Source of the DNA: an uncultured Dehalococcoidales bacterium
GTDB taxonomy: Bacteria > Chloroflexota > Dehalococcoidia > Dehalococcoidales > Fen-1064
DNA length: 34,756 nucleotides
NCBI GenBank assembly: GCA_964562625.1
Contig: CAZLUE010000001.1
Coordinates: forward strand, 1-34,756
Direction: 5' to 3'
The notes beneath the pieces are model-generated. The model had not been told where the DNA came from. It did no database searches and saw nothing but the letters and a program-made list of their open reading frames with translations. The translations under genes and the position numbers were made by a program. Below, piece after piece: positions 25,098-34,756 of the stretch (position 1 is the stretch's first letter; each line of letters begins with the position of its first letter).

Positions 25098-26045
25098 TCA
25101 GGCGGGCGACAGCACCGCACCGGCAAACTCTCTTTGCCCGATAAGAAACGCGCCGGCCGCCATCGTCCGCTTTCCCGCCAGCTGCAGACCGATCAACTCA
25201 AGGGCACCGTCACCGGTGACGACCACCAGCCGCGGTGGTTTCCCCGACAAGACGACCACCTGCCCAATGTCGCCCGTGGGCGGGCCGGCTTCGCCGGGGA
25301 CAGGGTGGTATGGCCTGGCGGCGACGATCTTGAGACGCTTCTGCCGCCAAGTAGTGTACGCTCCCGGCCACGGTTCGAAAGCACGCACCCGACGCCAGAT
25401 TTCATCGGCGGGACGACTCCAGTCGATCTCACCGGCGCCGGCATCGATCTGACCGGCGTAGCTGGCAGTGGCATTGTCCTGAGGTTGGGCGACAGTTTCG
25501 CCACGGGCGAGGCGCGGCAGAACCTCGAGGAGGAGCATCGCAGCGACCACCGCCAGCTTGCTCGTCAGGCTACCGGTGGTCTCGCTGCCAGTGATCGGGA
25601 TACGGCCGCGAGCCAGAACTGGACCGGTGTCCATGCCGCGATCCATCTGCGTGATGCTAACGCCAGTGAAACGATCACCGGCGAGAATCGCCGCCGGTAC
25701 CGGCGACATCCCGCGGTAATTCGGCAGCAGCGAGGGATGAATGTTAACGCCGCCCAACGGTGCAGCTTCGAGGACGGATGACCGCAGAATCTGGCCGAAA
25801 GCGGCGACGACGAGGACGTCGGGGCGGAGGGCGGTGATCTTAGCGGCGGCGTCACGGAGACTGGCCGGCTGCCTGACGGGGACACCCCGCGCGGCGGCGG
25901 CGACCTTTACCGGCGGCGGCGACGGACGCCTACCGACCGGCCGGTCGGGCTGGGTGTAGACGGCCGCCACCTGGTAACCACCTTCGATGAGACGTTCCAA
26001 GGGGAGAACTGCGAACTCGGGGGTGCCCATGTAGACGACTCTCAC
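25098..26045 (-). CDS. fmt: methionyl-tRNA formyltransferase
   Basis: 315 aa, with VVYMGTPEFAV and HPSLLPNYRG, plus the C-terminal Fmt domain. GTG start. Confidence 0.93.
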   Translation of the reverse strand: MRVVYMGTPEFAVLPLERLIEGGYQVAAVYTQPDRPVGRRPSPPPVKVAAAARGVPVRQPASLRDAAAKITALRPDVLVVAAFGQILRSSVLEAAPLGGVNIHPSLLPNYRGMSPVPAAILAGDRFTGVSITQMDRGMDTGPVLARGRIPITGSETTGSLTSKLAVVAAMLLLEVLPRLARGETVAQPQDNATASYAGQIDAGAGEIDWSRPADEIWRRVRAFEPWPGAYTTWRQKRLKIVAARPYHPVPGEAGPPTGDIGQVVVLSGKPPRLVVVTGDGALELIGLQLAGKRTMAAGAFLIGQREFAGAVLSPA

Positions 26046-26172
26046 CGCTACCTCTCATCTTGAATTCTAGCACCAACGGCACCGGCCAACAACCGCCGGG
26101 GGATCGAACCGGCGACCACTCCAAATGTGCAAATCGAAAACCACCAACGACGGTGTTTCCGATTCGGTACGG

Positions 26173-26184
26173 TGACATCTGTCA
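26173..26184. promoter_or_regulatory. inverted-repeat site TGACATCTGTCA, copy 1
   Basis: Exact 12-mer of the form TGACA-N2-TGTCA. It is repeated identically at 26260-26271. Confidence 0.5.
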
Positions 26185-26259
26185 CATGAAACAGCTAAAC
26201 CGATGGCCCATCTGCAGGCATAATTATGGACAAGAGTGCACCGTTCAGACTACTCAAAA

Positions 26260-26271
26260 TGACATCTGTCA
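26260..26271. promoter_or_regulatory. inverted-repeat site TGACATCTGTCA, copy 2
   Basis: Identical to 26173-26184, 87 bp downstream, within the non-coding fmt-dnaA spacer. Confidence 0.5.
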
Positions 26272-26543
26272 GGTCATACCTACGGGCGAGATAAACACCG
26301 AAAACGTAAGCGAGAGAGAGCTCTCACTAGCGGTCGGCAGTGAAAGCAAACACCGCCAATGACCGGCAACCGTCGTCAAATGCCTTGCCATCGGCTGGAG
26401 GGTGATTTATCCTGTGGTTATCGTTTGCCAGGCCCCTCCGGAAGACCGCACCAACCACCGGTTTGACTATAACTGTGTCCGCCGTTACCGTGTGCGTGAT
26501 TTTGGCCAGGCTCAGTATAGCAGAATGAGAGACAACCGGATAG

Positions 26544-27869
26544 ATGGAGCCAAAGTCACCACAGCAAATCTGGGAAACCGCCCTCGGCGAACTGCAGGTC
26601 GAGGTAAACAAATCTAATTTCCGAACCTGGCTCGGGGACACGATCGGCCTCAACGATGATGGTGGCGATTTCAGCATCGGCGTACCCAACACCTTCGTCG
26701 CCGAGTTTCTGGAAAGAAACCTGCGCTCGCTGATCGAACGTGTCCTCGCCAAGCTGACGAAGCGCGAGGTCACGGCCCGCTTCAACGTGGTTGGCCGGGA
26801 GACGGCGCCGGTCACGACCAAGGCACCGCTGCCACTCTTCAACCCAAGATACACCTTCGATTCGTTCGTCGTCGGAGACTCGAACCGGTTCGCCCACGCA
26901 GCGGCTGTTAAGGTGGCCGAAGAACCGGGTGGACAGTACAATCCACTGTTCATTCACGGCCCGGCGGGACTAGGCAAGACCCATCTCCTGCACGCCATCG
27001 GCCACAAGGCAGTCGCCGACGGCCTAGAGGTTACCTGTGTCAGTGCGGAACAGTTCACCAACGAGATGGTGGCGGCGATTCGCAACGGCCAGACCGAGGC
27101 TTTCCGCGAGAAGTACCGCCGCACCGACATGATGCTTGTCGACGACGTCCAGTTTTTCAGCGATAAGGAACACACCAAGGAGAACTTTTTCCATACTTTC
27201 AACGCGCTGCACTCCGCCAACCACCAGATCGCGCTCACCAGTGACAGCCCACCGGGAGCGATACCACGTCTCCCCGAACGGATGCGTTCCCGTTTCGAGT
27301 GGGGACTGGTCGCCGATGTCCAACTGCCTGACTTCGAGACCCGGCTCAACATCCTGCGCGCGAAGGCGGAGCGTGAGCAAACCTCGATCGGAAATGACGT
27401 CCTCGAGTTCATTGCCCTCCAGATTAAGGAGAACATCCGCCAACTCGAGGGGTCACTTAACCGTGTGGTCGCCTATTCGAAGCTGGTCAAGGAGATGCTG
27501 ACACCGGAAACGGCGGCGAGGGCGTTGCAGGACCTCGGCCGCTACAAGCCGGAGCCGACCCGGCCAACGCCGGCGCTGATTGCCGAGGCGGTTGCCGCCA
27601 GCTTCCAGGTGAGTCTCTCCGACCTCAAGAGCCGGAAGCGTGACGAGGCGACCGTCCTCGCCCGTCATGTGTCGATGTACCTGATGCGGCAAGAGACGGA
27701 CAGCTCACTGGTTCAGATCGGCCGGCAACTGGGCGACCGGAGCCCGGCAACGATTAGCTACGCCTGTGACAAGATCGCCGACAATATCAATAACAACCCC
27801 CACTTGCGTCGCCAGGTGTTTAACCTCCAACAGACGCTCCACACGGTAACCCCCTCTAAATTACGATAA
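26544..27869 (+). CDS. dnaA: chromosomal replication initiator protein DnaA
   Basis: 441 aa with a domain I N-terminus (IWETALGELQVEVNKSNFRTWL), Walker A GPAGLGKTHLLHAIG, Walker B LVDDVQFF, and a C-terminal DNA-binding domain (RHVSMYLMRQ). Confidence 0.97.
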   Translation: MEPKSPQQIWETALGELQVEVNKSNFRTWLGDTIGLNDDGGDFSIGVPNTFVAEFLERNLRSLIERVLAKLTKREVTARFNVVGRETAPVTTKAPLPLFNPRYTFDSFVVGDSNRFAHAAAVKVAEEPGGQYNPLFIHGPAGLGKTHLLHAIGHKAVADGLEVTCVSAEQFTNEMVAAIRNGQTEAFREKYRRTDMMLVDDVQFFSDKEHTKENFFHTFNALHSANHQIALTSDSPPGAIPRLPERMRSRFEWGLVADVQLPDFETRLNILRAKAEREQTSIGNDVLEFIALQIKENIRQLEGSLNRVVAYSKLVKEMLTPETAARALQDLGRYKPEPTRPTPALIAEAVAASFQVSLSDLKSRKRDEATVLARHVSMYLMRQETDSSLVQIGRQLGDRSPATISYACDKIADNINNNPHLRRQVFNLQQTLHTVTPSKLR

Positions 27870-28093
27870 GTCGACGCTAGTCTTCGATGGTTTTCCATGC
27901 TTTTTCGATAAGTTAGGTCGACGTTTGATAACTTTCTATCGTCCGGTCTGAGATTTTGTCGACTTTAACTAGTGATCAACCAAACTTAACGCCTGCCAAG
28001 ATGCGTGCTAGTATTAATATAACTACTAGATCTTCTATTACACAAGAGATAATAATAGAAGGTATCTACGATAGTTTGAATTGTAGGTAGATA
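27870..28093. other. AT-rich dnaA-obg spacer, candidate oriC unwinding region
   Basis: By hand count 27961-28080 has 39 G+C out of 120 nt, against roughly 60% in flanking genes. GTCGAC occurs at 27869, 27916 and 27957. CGATAAGT occurs at 27863 and 27905. Confidence 0.45.
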
Positions 28094-29350
28094 GTGTTCG
28101 ATACTGCCGAGATTACAGTCAAAGCAGGTAATGGCGGCGATGGCGCTATTAATTTCCGTCACGAGAAGTATGTTCCTTTTGGTGGACCGGATGGTGGTGA
28201 CGGAGGCAACGGAGGTAGCGTCGTCATTATCGCTGACCATAGTATTACCAACCTACTGTCTTTTCGACGGCAGGTGCGTTACTTAGCAGACCACGGTGGT
28301 AGCGGTGCGGGTCGTAAGAAGCATGGCGCTCGCGGACGAGACGTCATACTTGCAGTACCGATTGGTACTGTTATTCTGGATCGTAACGAGACCGGTGGGG
28401 ACATTGTACTCGGAGACCTTGATGACAACAACCGCCGGATGGTAGTCGTAAGCGGTGGTCGTGGCGGTCGGGGCAACACCCATTTTGCCTCGTCAACGAA
28501 CCAGACACCGCGACTTGCCCAGAAGGGGGAGGTTGGACAAGAACGCCTATTGAGACTGGAACTAAGGTTGATCGCCGACGTCGGCATCATCGGCTACCCG
28601 AACGCTGGAAAATCAACTCTGCTGGCGGCAGCATCGGCCGCGAAACCAAGGATTGCCGGCTATCCGTTTACGACCATCGACCCGATCGTCGGTATTGTCG
28701 AAGTCGGTATCGAGACGTTCATCATGGCTGAAGTTCCAGGACTAATTGAGGGTGCTCACAGCGGTCGTGGCTTAGGGCACGATTTCCTGCGCCATGCAAC
28801 CCGTACCCGAATGCTGATTCACCTAGTCGACGGCAGCGCTGCGGCACCAGACGACGATTTGGCGACGGTTAACAGTGAACTTGGTCTGTTCGATAATGTC
28901 CTGGCGAGCAAGCCACAGCTAGTGGTCGTGAACAAGATTGACCTGCCGGAGGTTAGGAGCCGGCTTCCAGAGCTAAGAAACAGCTTTCGCGCGGTTGGCA
29001 TCTCGCCCGTGGCAATATCGGCGGCCAATGGTGAGGGCGTTGCGGAACTCATGCAGCGCACCTTCGAGATGTTGGCGACGACGACTCCCGTCGAGCCCGA
29101 GGTCAAGGAAAAGATATTTCGTCCGTCGCCGCCCGGTGACGGCATCAGCGTCGAGCGTGACGGCGATGGCTTTCTGGTGACCGCGCCGGCACTAGAGCGA
29201 ATCGTTGCTCGTTCCGACCTGTCGGATTCAGCGGTGCGCCTCCAAATTCGTCGCCGGCTGGGCCGTCTCGGCATTAACCGAGCGCTAAACAAGGCGGGAG
29301 TCGCTATCGGTGATCGTGTCCGCTGCGGCGGTTTCGAGTGGGAGTACTAA
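28094..29350 (+). CDS. obg: GTPase Obg/CgtA
   Basis: 418 aa with the Obg fold (GGDGGNGG), G1 GYPNAGKST, G3 EVPGLIEGA, G4 NKID, and the C-terminal OCT domain. GTG start. Confidence 0.95.
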   Translation: MFDTAEITVKAGNGGDGAINFRHEKYVPFGGPDGGDGGNGGSVVIIADHSITNLLSFRRQVRYLADHGGSGAGRKKHGARGRDVILAVPIGTVILDRNETGGDIVLGDLDDNNRRMVVVSGGRGGRGNTHFASSTNQTPRLAQKGEVGQERLLRLELRLIADVGIIGYPNAGKSTLLAAASAAKPRIAGYPFTTIDPIVGIVEVGIETFIMAEVPGLIEGAHSGRGLGHDFLRHATRTRMLIHLVDGSAAAPDDDLATVNSELGLFDNVLASKPQLVVVNKIDLPEVRSRLPELRNSFRAVGISPVAISAANGEGVAELMQRTFEMLATTTPVEPEVKEKIFRPSPPGDGISVERDGDGFLVTAPALERIVARSDLSDSAVRLQIRRRLGRLGINRALNKAGVAIGDRVRCGGFEWEY

Positions 29351-29354
29351 CGCA

Positions 29355-29957
29355 GTGAAGATTGGCGTCCTCGGTGGTACTTTTGACCCGATCCACAACG
29401 GTCACCTGAAGGTGGCGACGACCGTCCGGGAGAAACTTAGTATCGGTGAAATCATCTTTGTGCCCGCTGGACAGCCGTGGCAGAAAGCGGACCGTTATGT
29501 TTCGCCAGTGGCGGACAGGATCGAGATGGTGCGTCTCGCTGTCGACGGGCGACCCGGCTACGGTCTGTCCACTGTCGAGGCCAGCCGTCCTGGAAATACC
29601 TATTCGCTGGCAACGCTGGCCGAGATCGGGGGCCGTTTCGGTACCGGCGACGAACTCTATTTCGTACTCGGTTGGGACAGTCTTGCCCAATTCCCGGGAT
29701 GGTACGCTCCGGAACGGATTATTAGGCTCTGCCGATTGGTGGCGGTGCCGCGGCCGGGTTATCCTCGTCCCGACGTTCCCGCCATGGAAGAGACGCTACC
29801 CGGCATCACGGAGCGGGTAGTACTGTTAGGCGAGCCACATATCGATATAAGCGCGTCTCGGATACGGGAACGGGTCGCCGCCGGGCTACCGATTAGTGAC
29901 CTCGTACCGGCGCCGGTGGCTGCTTACATTGAGCAGCACCGGCTTTACCGGAGGTAA
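29355..29957 (+). CDS. nadD: nicotinate-nucleotide adenylyltransferase
   Basis: GTG at 29355 gives VKIGVLGGTFDPIHNGH, the (H/T)xGH nucleotidyltransferase motif. The 15 codons before it in the track ORF overlap the end of obg. Confidence 0.9.
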   Translation: MKIGVLGGTFDPIHNGHLKVATTVREKLSIGEIIFVPAGQPWQKADRYVSPVADRIEMVRLAVDGRPGYGLSTVEASRPGNTYSLATLAEIGGRFGTGDELYFVLGWDSLAQFPGWYAPERIIRLCRLVAVPRPGYPRPDVPAMEETLPGITERVVLLGEPHIDISASRIRERVAAGLPISDLVPAPVAAYIEQHRLYRR

Positions 29958-29971
29958 CTTTCGGCCGGCGA

Positions 29972-32074
<2,103 letters not shown>

Positions 32075-32258
32075 CTAGGTGAAGATACAACCATCACAGA
32101 ATATTATACCATGATTCATGGCGTAATGGAAGCTCCTGCACTGGGTCGGTAGATATCGGACAGTGTCTCCTTTCCTACAAGATACTTGTCCATCCATTTC
32201 TTCTCTTTGGCTAGTGTCTGGTATCTGTCTGATCCTATTCACGGACCAACTCGGCACC

Positions 32259-32288
32259 TTGAGGGGGTTTCCGGTGAGGTGATACAAT
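32259..32288 (+). promoter_or_regulatory. candidate extended -10 promoter of uvrA
   Basis: TTGAGG (32259-32264), 18-nt spacer, TGATACAAT (TG-n-TACAAT, 32280-32288). It lies about 25 nt upstream of the uvrA ATG. Confidence 0.3.
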
Positions 32289-32313
32289 GACTGATGGCGG
32301 GGAAGGGAGACAG

Positions 32314-34756
32314 ATGGTGCTTGATTCGATCATTGTTAGAGGTGCCAACGAGCACAACCTGAAGAACGTCGACGTGACGATTCCGCGGGATAAATTGGTG
32401 GTTATTACCGGTGTTTCAGGATCGGGGAAAAGTTCACTGGCGTTCGATACGATTTACGCGGAAGGACAGCGTCGCTACATGGAGTCGTTGTCCGCATATG
32501 CCCGCCAATTCCTCGGCCGGATGGAGAAGCCGGACGTCGAGTACATCGAGGGATTGAGCCCGGCGATCTCGATCGACCAGAAGGGGCCAGGACGGAACCC
32601 GCGCTCGACGATGGGTACCGTCACCGAGATCTACGACTACCTGCGACTGCTCTTCGCCAGGGTGGGGCACCCGCACTGCCCGCGATGCGGCCGCGAGATC
32701 ACCAGCCAGACAGTCGAGCAAATCGTCGACGTCATTCAAGGACTGCCCGACGGCAGCCGGATCATGGTGATGTCACCGCTGATCAAGGATCGGAAGGGCG
32801 AGTACCTGTCTGTGTTCGACGACTTGCGTAAGGCCGGCTACGTGCGAGTGCGAGTCGACAGTGAGCTTCATGAACTTTCCGAGACCATCACGCTCGATAA
32901 GAACAAGAAACATACCGTCGAGGTGGTGGTCGACCGGTTGGTAATCGGACAGAGCAGCAGCCAAAGTCGGATCGCCGATTCGGTAGAGACGGCGCTCAAG
33001 CTTGGTGCCGGAGTGCTGCTGGTCTCGGTTATCGATAGTGAGGAACTGCTCTTTTCCGAACACTTTGCCTGCGTCCACTGTGAAATTAGCCTCGGCGAAT
33101 TCGAGCCACGCACGTTCAGCTTCAACAGCCCGCACGGTGCTTGCCCCGCCTGCGCCGGCCTCGGCGTCAAGAGCGAGATCGATCCCAACCTGGTGATCCC
33201 CGACCGCAGCATCTCGATCTCGCGGGGAGCGATTCGTCCTTACCAGACTCACTTTTGGTACCTGCATCAGTTGCGTAACATCGACGTTCCGATGGACATC
33301 CCGATCGTGGAGTTTTCCAAGGAACAACTCGGCTTGGTACTCTACGGCGAGCGACGCGGCACGGCGCGCCACCGGAACCGATTCGGGCGTGTCCGCCGCT
33401 ATTCGAGCGACTTCGAAGGGGTGATTCCTCGCCTGGAACGTCTCTATCACGATACGACGTCCGACTACTCGCGGGCCGGCATCGAGCGCTACATGATGAC
33501 CCGGGAGTGTCCTGAGTGCCACGGCAAGCGACTCAAGCCGGAGTCTCTGGCGGTCACTATCGGCAGCGATAACATCGTCGACGTCAGTTCGATGTCAGTG
33601 GCGCGAGCAATGGCGTGGGTGATTGAACTTGGCGGCGATTGTAACTGGGCGACACTCTCCACCCGCGAGCAGACGATCGCCTACCAGATTCTCAAGGAAA
33701 TACGGGGGCGTCTCGGCTTCCTCGGTGACATCGGCCTCGAATACCTGACGCTGGACCGGCCGGCGGCGACGTTGAGTGGCGGTGAAGCTCAGCGAATCCG
33801 GCTGGCGACCCAGATCGGCAGTGGCCTGATGGGGGTGCTCTACATCTGCGACGAGCCGACCGTCGGGCTGCACCAGGCGGACAACCACCGCCTCATTGAG
33901 ACCCTGAAGCGGTTGCGGGATCTGGGCAACACCGTCCTGATCGTCGAGCATGACGAGGCGATGATGCGTACCGCCGACTTTATCATCGACATGGGAATCG
34001 GCGCCGGCGAGCACGGCGGGAGCGTGGTCGTCACTGGGACGGTTGACGATGTCATGGCTTGTGAGGAGTCGATCACCGGGCAATATCTGAGCGGCAGGCG
34101 GCGGATTCCGATGCCTGCGACGAGACGGGAAGGCTCCGGTGAGGAAATACTGGTGAAAGGCGCCAGGCAGAACAACCTGAAGAACCTCGACGTCAGCATC
34201 CCGCTGGGTAAGCTAGTCTGCGTTACCGGCGTGTCCGGCAGCGGCAAGAGCACACTGGTCGACGACATCCTGCACCGTAAGCTGGCCCAGATCATTAACC
34301 GCGCACGACAGCCAGCCGGCGACTGCGACGACGTCCTCGGCGCCGAGTTTGTTGACAAGGTGGTCAATATCGACCAATCGCCGATCGGGCGGACGCCGCG
34401 CAGTAATCCGGCGACCTACACTGGCACTTTCACTCCGATCCGTGAGTTGTTTGCCTCCGTTCCCGAGGCGCGGATGAGGGGTTACGCACCAGGGCGATTC
34501 TCGTTCAACGTGAAGGGTGGCCGCTGCGAGGCCTGCGGCGGCGAGGGCTTCATCGAAATTGAAATGCAGTTTCTGCCCGACGTAACTGTTCCCTGCGAGG
34601 TTTGCCACGGGAAGCGCTACAACCGCGAGGCGCTCGAGATACGATTCAAGGAAAAGAACATTGCTGAAGTGCTCGATATGACAGTCGAGCAGGCGGCTGT
34701 CTTCTTCGAGAATTTCCCCAAGATCAAACGCAAGCTGGAGACGATCAACGACGTCG
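32314..34756 (+). CDS. uvrA: excinuclease ABC subunit A (N-terminal ~814 codons; 3' end lies right of the window)
   Basis: Not in the supplied ORF track because no stop occurs in the window. I translated it directly: [55 protein letters not shown]..., with zinc modules ([21 protein letters not shown]), the ABC signature [12 protein letters not shown] and a second Walker [11 protein letters not shown]. It is open to nt 34756. GGGAGA lies upstream of the ATG. Confidence 0.95.
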   Translation, partial: MVLDSIIVRGANEHNLKNVDVTIPRDKLVVITGVSGSGKSSLAFDTIYAEGQRRYMESLSAYARQFLGRMEKPDVEYIEGLSPAISIDQKGPGRNPRSTMGTVTEIYDYLRLLFARVGHPHCPRCGREITSQTVEQIVDVIQGLPDGSRIMVMSPLIKDRKGEYLSVFDDLRKAGYVRVRVDSELHELSETITLDKNKKHTVEVVVDRLVIGQSSSQSRIADSVETALKLGAGVLLVSVIDSEELLFSEHFACVHCEISLGEFEPRTFSFNSPHGACPACAGLGVKSEIDPNLVIPDRSISISRGAIRPYQTHFWYLHQLRNIDVPMDIPIVEFSKEQLGLVLYGERRGTARHRNRFGRVRRYSSDFEGVIPRLERLYHDTTSDYSRAGIERYMMTRECPECHGKRLKPESLAVTIGSDNIVDVSSMSVARAMAWVIELGGDCNWATLSTREQTIAYQILKEIRGRLGFLGDIGLEYLTLDRPAATLSGGEAQRIRLATQIGSGLMGVLYICDEPTVGLHQADNHRLIETLKRLRDLGNTVLIVEHDEAMMRTADFIIDMGIGAGEHGGSVVVTGTVDDVMACEESITGQYLSGRRRIPMPATRREGSGEEILVKGARQNNLKNLDVSIPLGKLVCVTGVSGSGKSTLVDDILHRKLAQIINRARQPAGDCDDVLGAEFVDKVVNIDQSPIGRTPRSNPATYTGTFTPIRELFASVPEARMRGYAPGRFSFNVKGGRCEACGGEGFIEIEMQFLPDVTVPCEVCHGKRYNREALEIRFKEKNIAEVLDMTVEQAAVFFENFPKIKRKLETINDV

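Noticed and set aside
26085-26165. tRNA-like T-arm on the minus strand (GGTCGCCGGTTCGATCCCCCGGCGG) in the fmt-dnaA spacer.
   Set aside because: With the canonical 7-nt TTCGATC loop the stem does not pair; CGCCGG/CCGGCG pairs only with a 9-nt loop. I could find no complementary acceptor stem or anticodon arm. At most it is a tRNA-derived relic, not a tRNA or tmRNA gene.
26060-26362. 100-aa plus-strand ORF (TTG start) containing five Cys in the dnaA upstream spacer.
   Set aside because: It has a TTG start without a Shine-Dalgarno, and third-position G/C is clearly lower than in real genes here. Its repeated DIC(H/Q) strings are simply the translation of the two TGACATCTGTCA sites. The region is better explained as non-coding origin or regulatory DNA.
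28094-28560. Lower GC and A/T-ending codons at the 5' part of obg, as possible foreign DNA.
   Set aside because: The protein is a canonical, full-length Obg. The compositional dip is contiguous with the AT-rich origin spacer and fades gradually, so it is more consistent with local origin-proximal composition than with horizontal transfer.

Overview
High-GC (about 60% by eye) bacterial chromosome segment, almost entirely housekeeping genes, that appears to span the replication origin. dnaA (26544-27869) is preceded by a ~500-bp non-coding spacer. It is followed by a ~220-bp strongly AT-rich spacer. gyrA, gyrB, obg, fmt and uvrA lie nearby; dnaN and recF are not next to dnaA. Gene content and protein sequences look Chloroflexota/Dehalococcoidia-like, but I cannot verify that without a database search. 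Confident calls, in order: nadB (5' partial), nadC, lgt, a CooT-family gene, an SDR, dtd, an FmdB zinc-ribbon gene, a MATE transporter, folC, argC, a DedA/VTT membrane protein, tRNA-Glu(UUC), a HIT protein, an MBL-fold hydrolase, a B12-binding radical SAM enzyme, gyrA, a TPR protein, lysC, an ApgM-family protein, tRNA-Pro(CGG), mazG, fmt, dnaA, obg, nadD, gyrB and uvrA. uvrA is 3' partial and absent from the supplied ORF track because it has no stop codon in the window. I found no CRISPR array, rRNA, intact mobile element or recognisable multi-gene defence system. What deserves a second look is smaller in scale. (1) Origin-region motifs: two identical TGACATCTGTCA sites upstream of dnaA, and three GTCGAC palindromes plus a repeated CGATAAGT in the AT-rich spacer. 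(2) A ~70-nt intergenic element present twice. (3) Sub-threshold ORFs whose stops or starts overlap neighbouring genes: a 55-aa ferredoxin-like ORF before argC, a 50-aa Cys/His ORF after the HIT gene, and a 57-aa ORF before lgt. (4) A CooT-like gene paired with a His-rich 73-aa gene, with no CODH or hydrogenase genes in the window. (5) A ~0.7-kb decayed islet at tRNA-Glu bounded by copies of the tRNA 3' end. (6) Several gene remnants: a MATE N-terminal fragment, a truncated MFS gene and an HNH tail. All functional calls rest on my reading of the translations. No searches were run.
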